A stretch of 64,000 nucleotides of DNA from IMG/VR virus record IMGVR_UViG_3300033074_001674, positions 1 through 64,000 of that record. One strand, 5' to 3'. Source of the stretch: a virus. Its lineage: Duplodnaviria; Caudoviricetes. Positions 63,780 to 64,000 of this stretch are shown piece after piece. The notes under the pieces are model-generated. The model was not told the DNA's origin and ran no database searches. It was given only the letters and a program-made list of their open reading frames with translations. Position numbers and translations under genes: made by a program. How positions within the stretch are numbered: position 1 is the stretch's first letter; the number at the start of each line of letters is the position of its first letter.

Positions 63780-63834
63780 TACACAAATATGACATAAGGA
63801 AGCCTTGACTTCCAGTTACTAAGGCTTTTTTCAT
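63769..63834 (-). pseudogene. orphaned original 5' end of the epimerase gene
   Basis: MKKALVTGSQGFLMSYLCNGQ* resembles MKSVILTGGQGFIGSYLAN at 62979; coupled to upstream stop by TAATG. Confidence 0.8.
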
Positions 63835-64000
63835 TACCAAGTCCATCCTCTATCTAGGTCAGATTTGGTTATTTCATATACAGAATCGAATGGGTCATCT
63901 TCCTGCTCGGCTTTGTGGTCTCTAAGTGCAAATTGCCTTGCCTTCTTATATGTTGAGAAATATGCTTCGGCAGCAGTATAGTTATTGTAAACTTTCCAAA
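63834..64000 (-). CDS. 3' part of small hypothetical protein (truncated by window edge)
   Basis: ...WKVYNNYTAAEAYFSTYKKARQFA...DRGWTW*. Confidence 0.65.
   Translation of the reverse strand, partial: WKVYNNYTAAEAYFSTYKKARQFALRDHKAEQEDDPFDSVYEITKSDLDRGWTW

Noticed and set aside
63800-63831. AAGCCTT...AAGGCTT-TTTT as an intrinsic terminator
   Set aside because: The U tract is on the non-coding (+) strand and the sequence is explained as the orphan epimerase N-terminus; an antisense terminator role cannot be excluded.
1-64000. Stop-codon reassignment (alternative genetic code)
   Set aside because: Conserved enzymes are full length in the standard code, all three stops end genes, and no suppressor tRNA was seen.

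Overview
A 64 kb segment of a large (jumbo-type) tailed bacteriophage genome, read with the standard genetic code and densely packed with overlapping start/stop codons. The + strand (1-46.6 kb) holds many small accessory ORFs, five tRNAs (Leu-TAA, Ala-TGC, Arg-TCT, Glu-TTC, Asn-GTT) and a one-piece tmRNA. It also encodes TilS, a RuvB-like ATPase, a sigma factor, PhoH, family-4 UDG, MazG, a holin and a tandem-PDZ protein. An expanded phiEco32-type set is present: 2 amidoligases, 1 COOH-NH2 ligase, 3 class-II glutamine amidotransferases, GGCT, a C26 peptidase and a GNAT. The - strand (46.6-64 kb) carries virion/tail-fibre genes, a Whirly-like protein next to a Rad52-like annealing protein, MT-A70, an HD nuclease, Gmd, an epimerase, AlkB and two homing-type endonucleases. 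Three signals stand out. (1) At least six non-coding RNAs keep tRNA acceptor and T arms (mostly D arms too) but have the anticodon arm expanded, branched or shrunk; one also masks the ribosome-binding site of the downstream amidoligase. (2) A family of about 10-15 small beta-beta-alpha paralogs carries a C-x3-C-G-(P/E)-N-A-like motif. (3) A GIY-YIG endonuclease has split the 5' end of an epimerase gene, which now has a replacement N-terminus. All calls come from reading the sequence by eye; no searches or folding programs were run.
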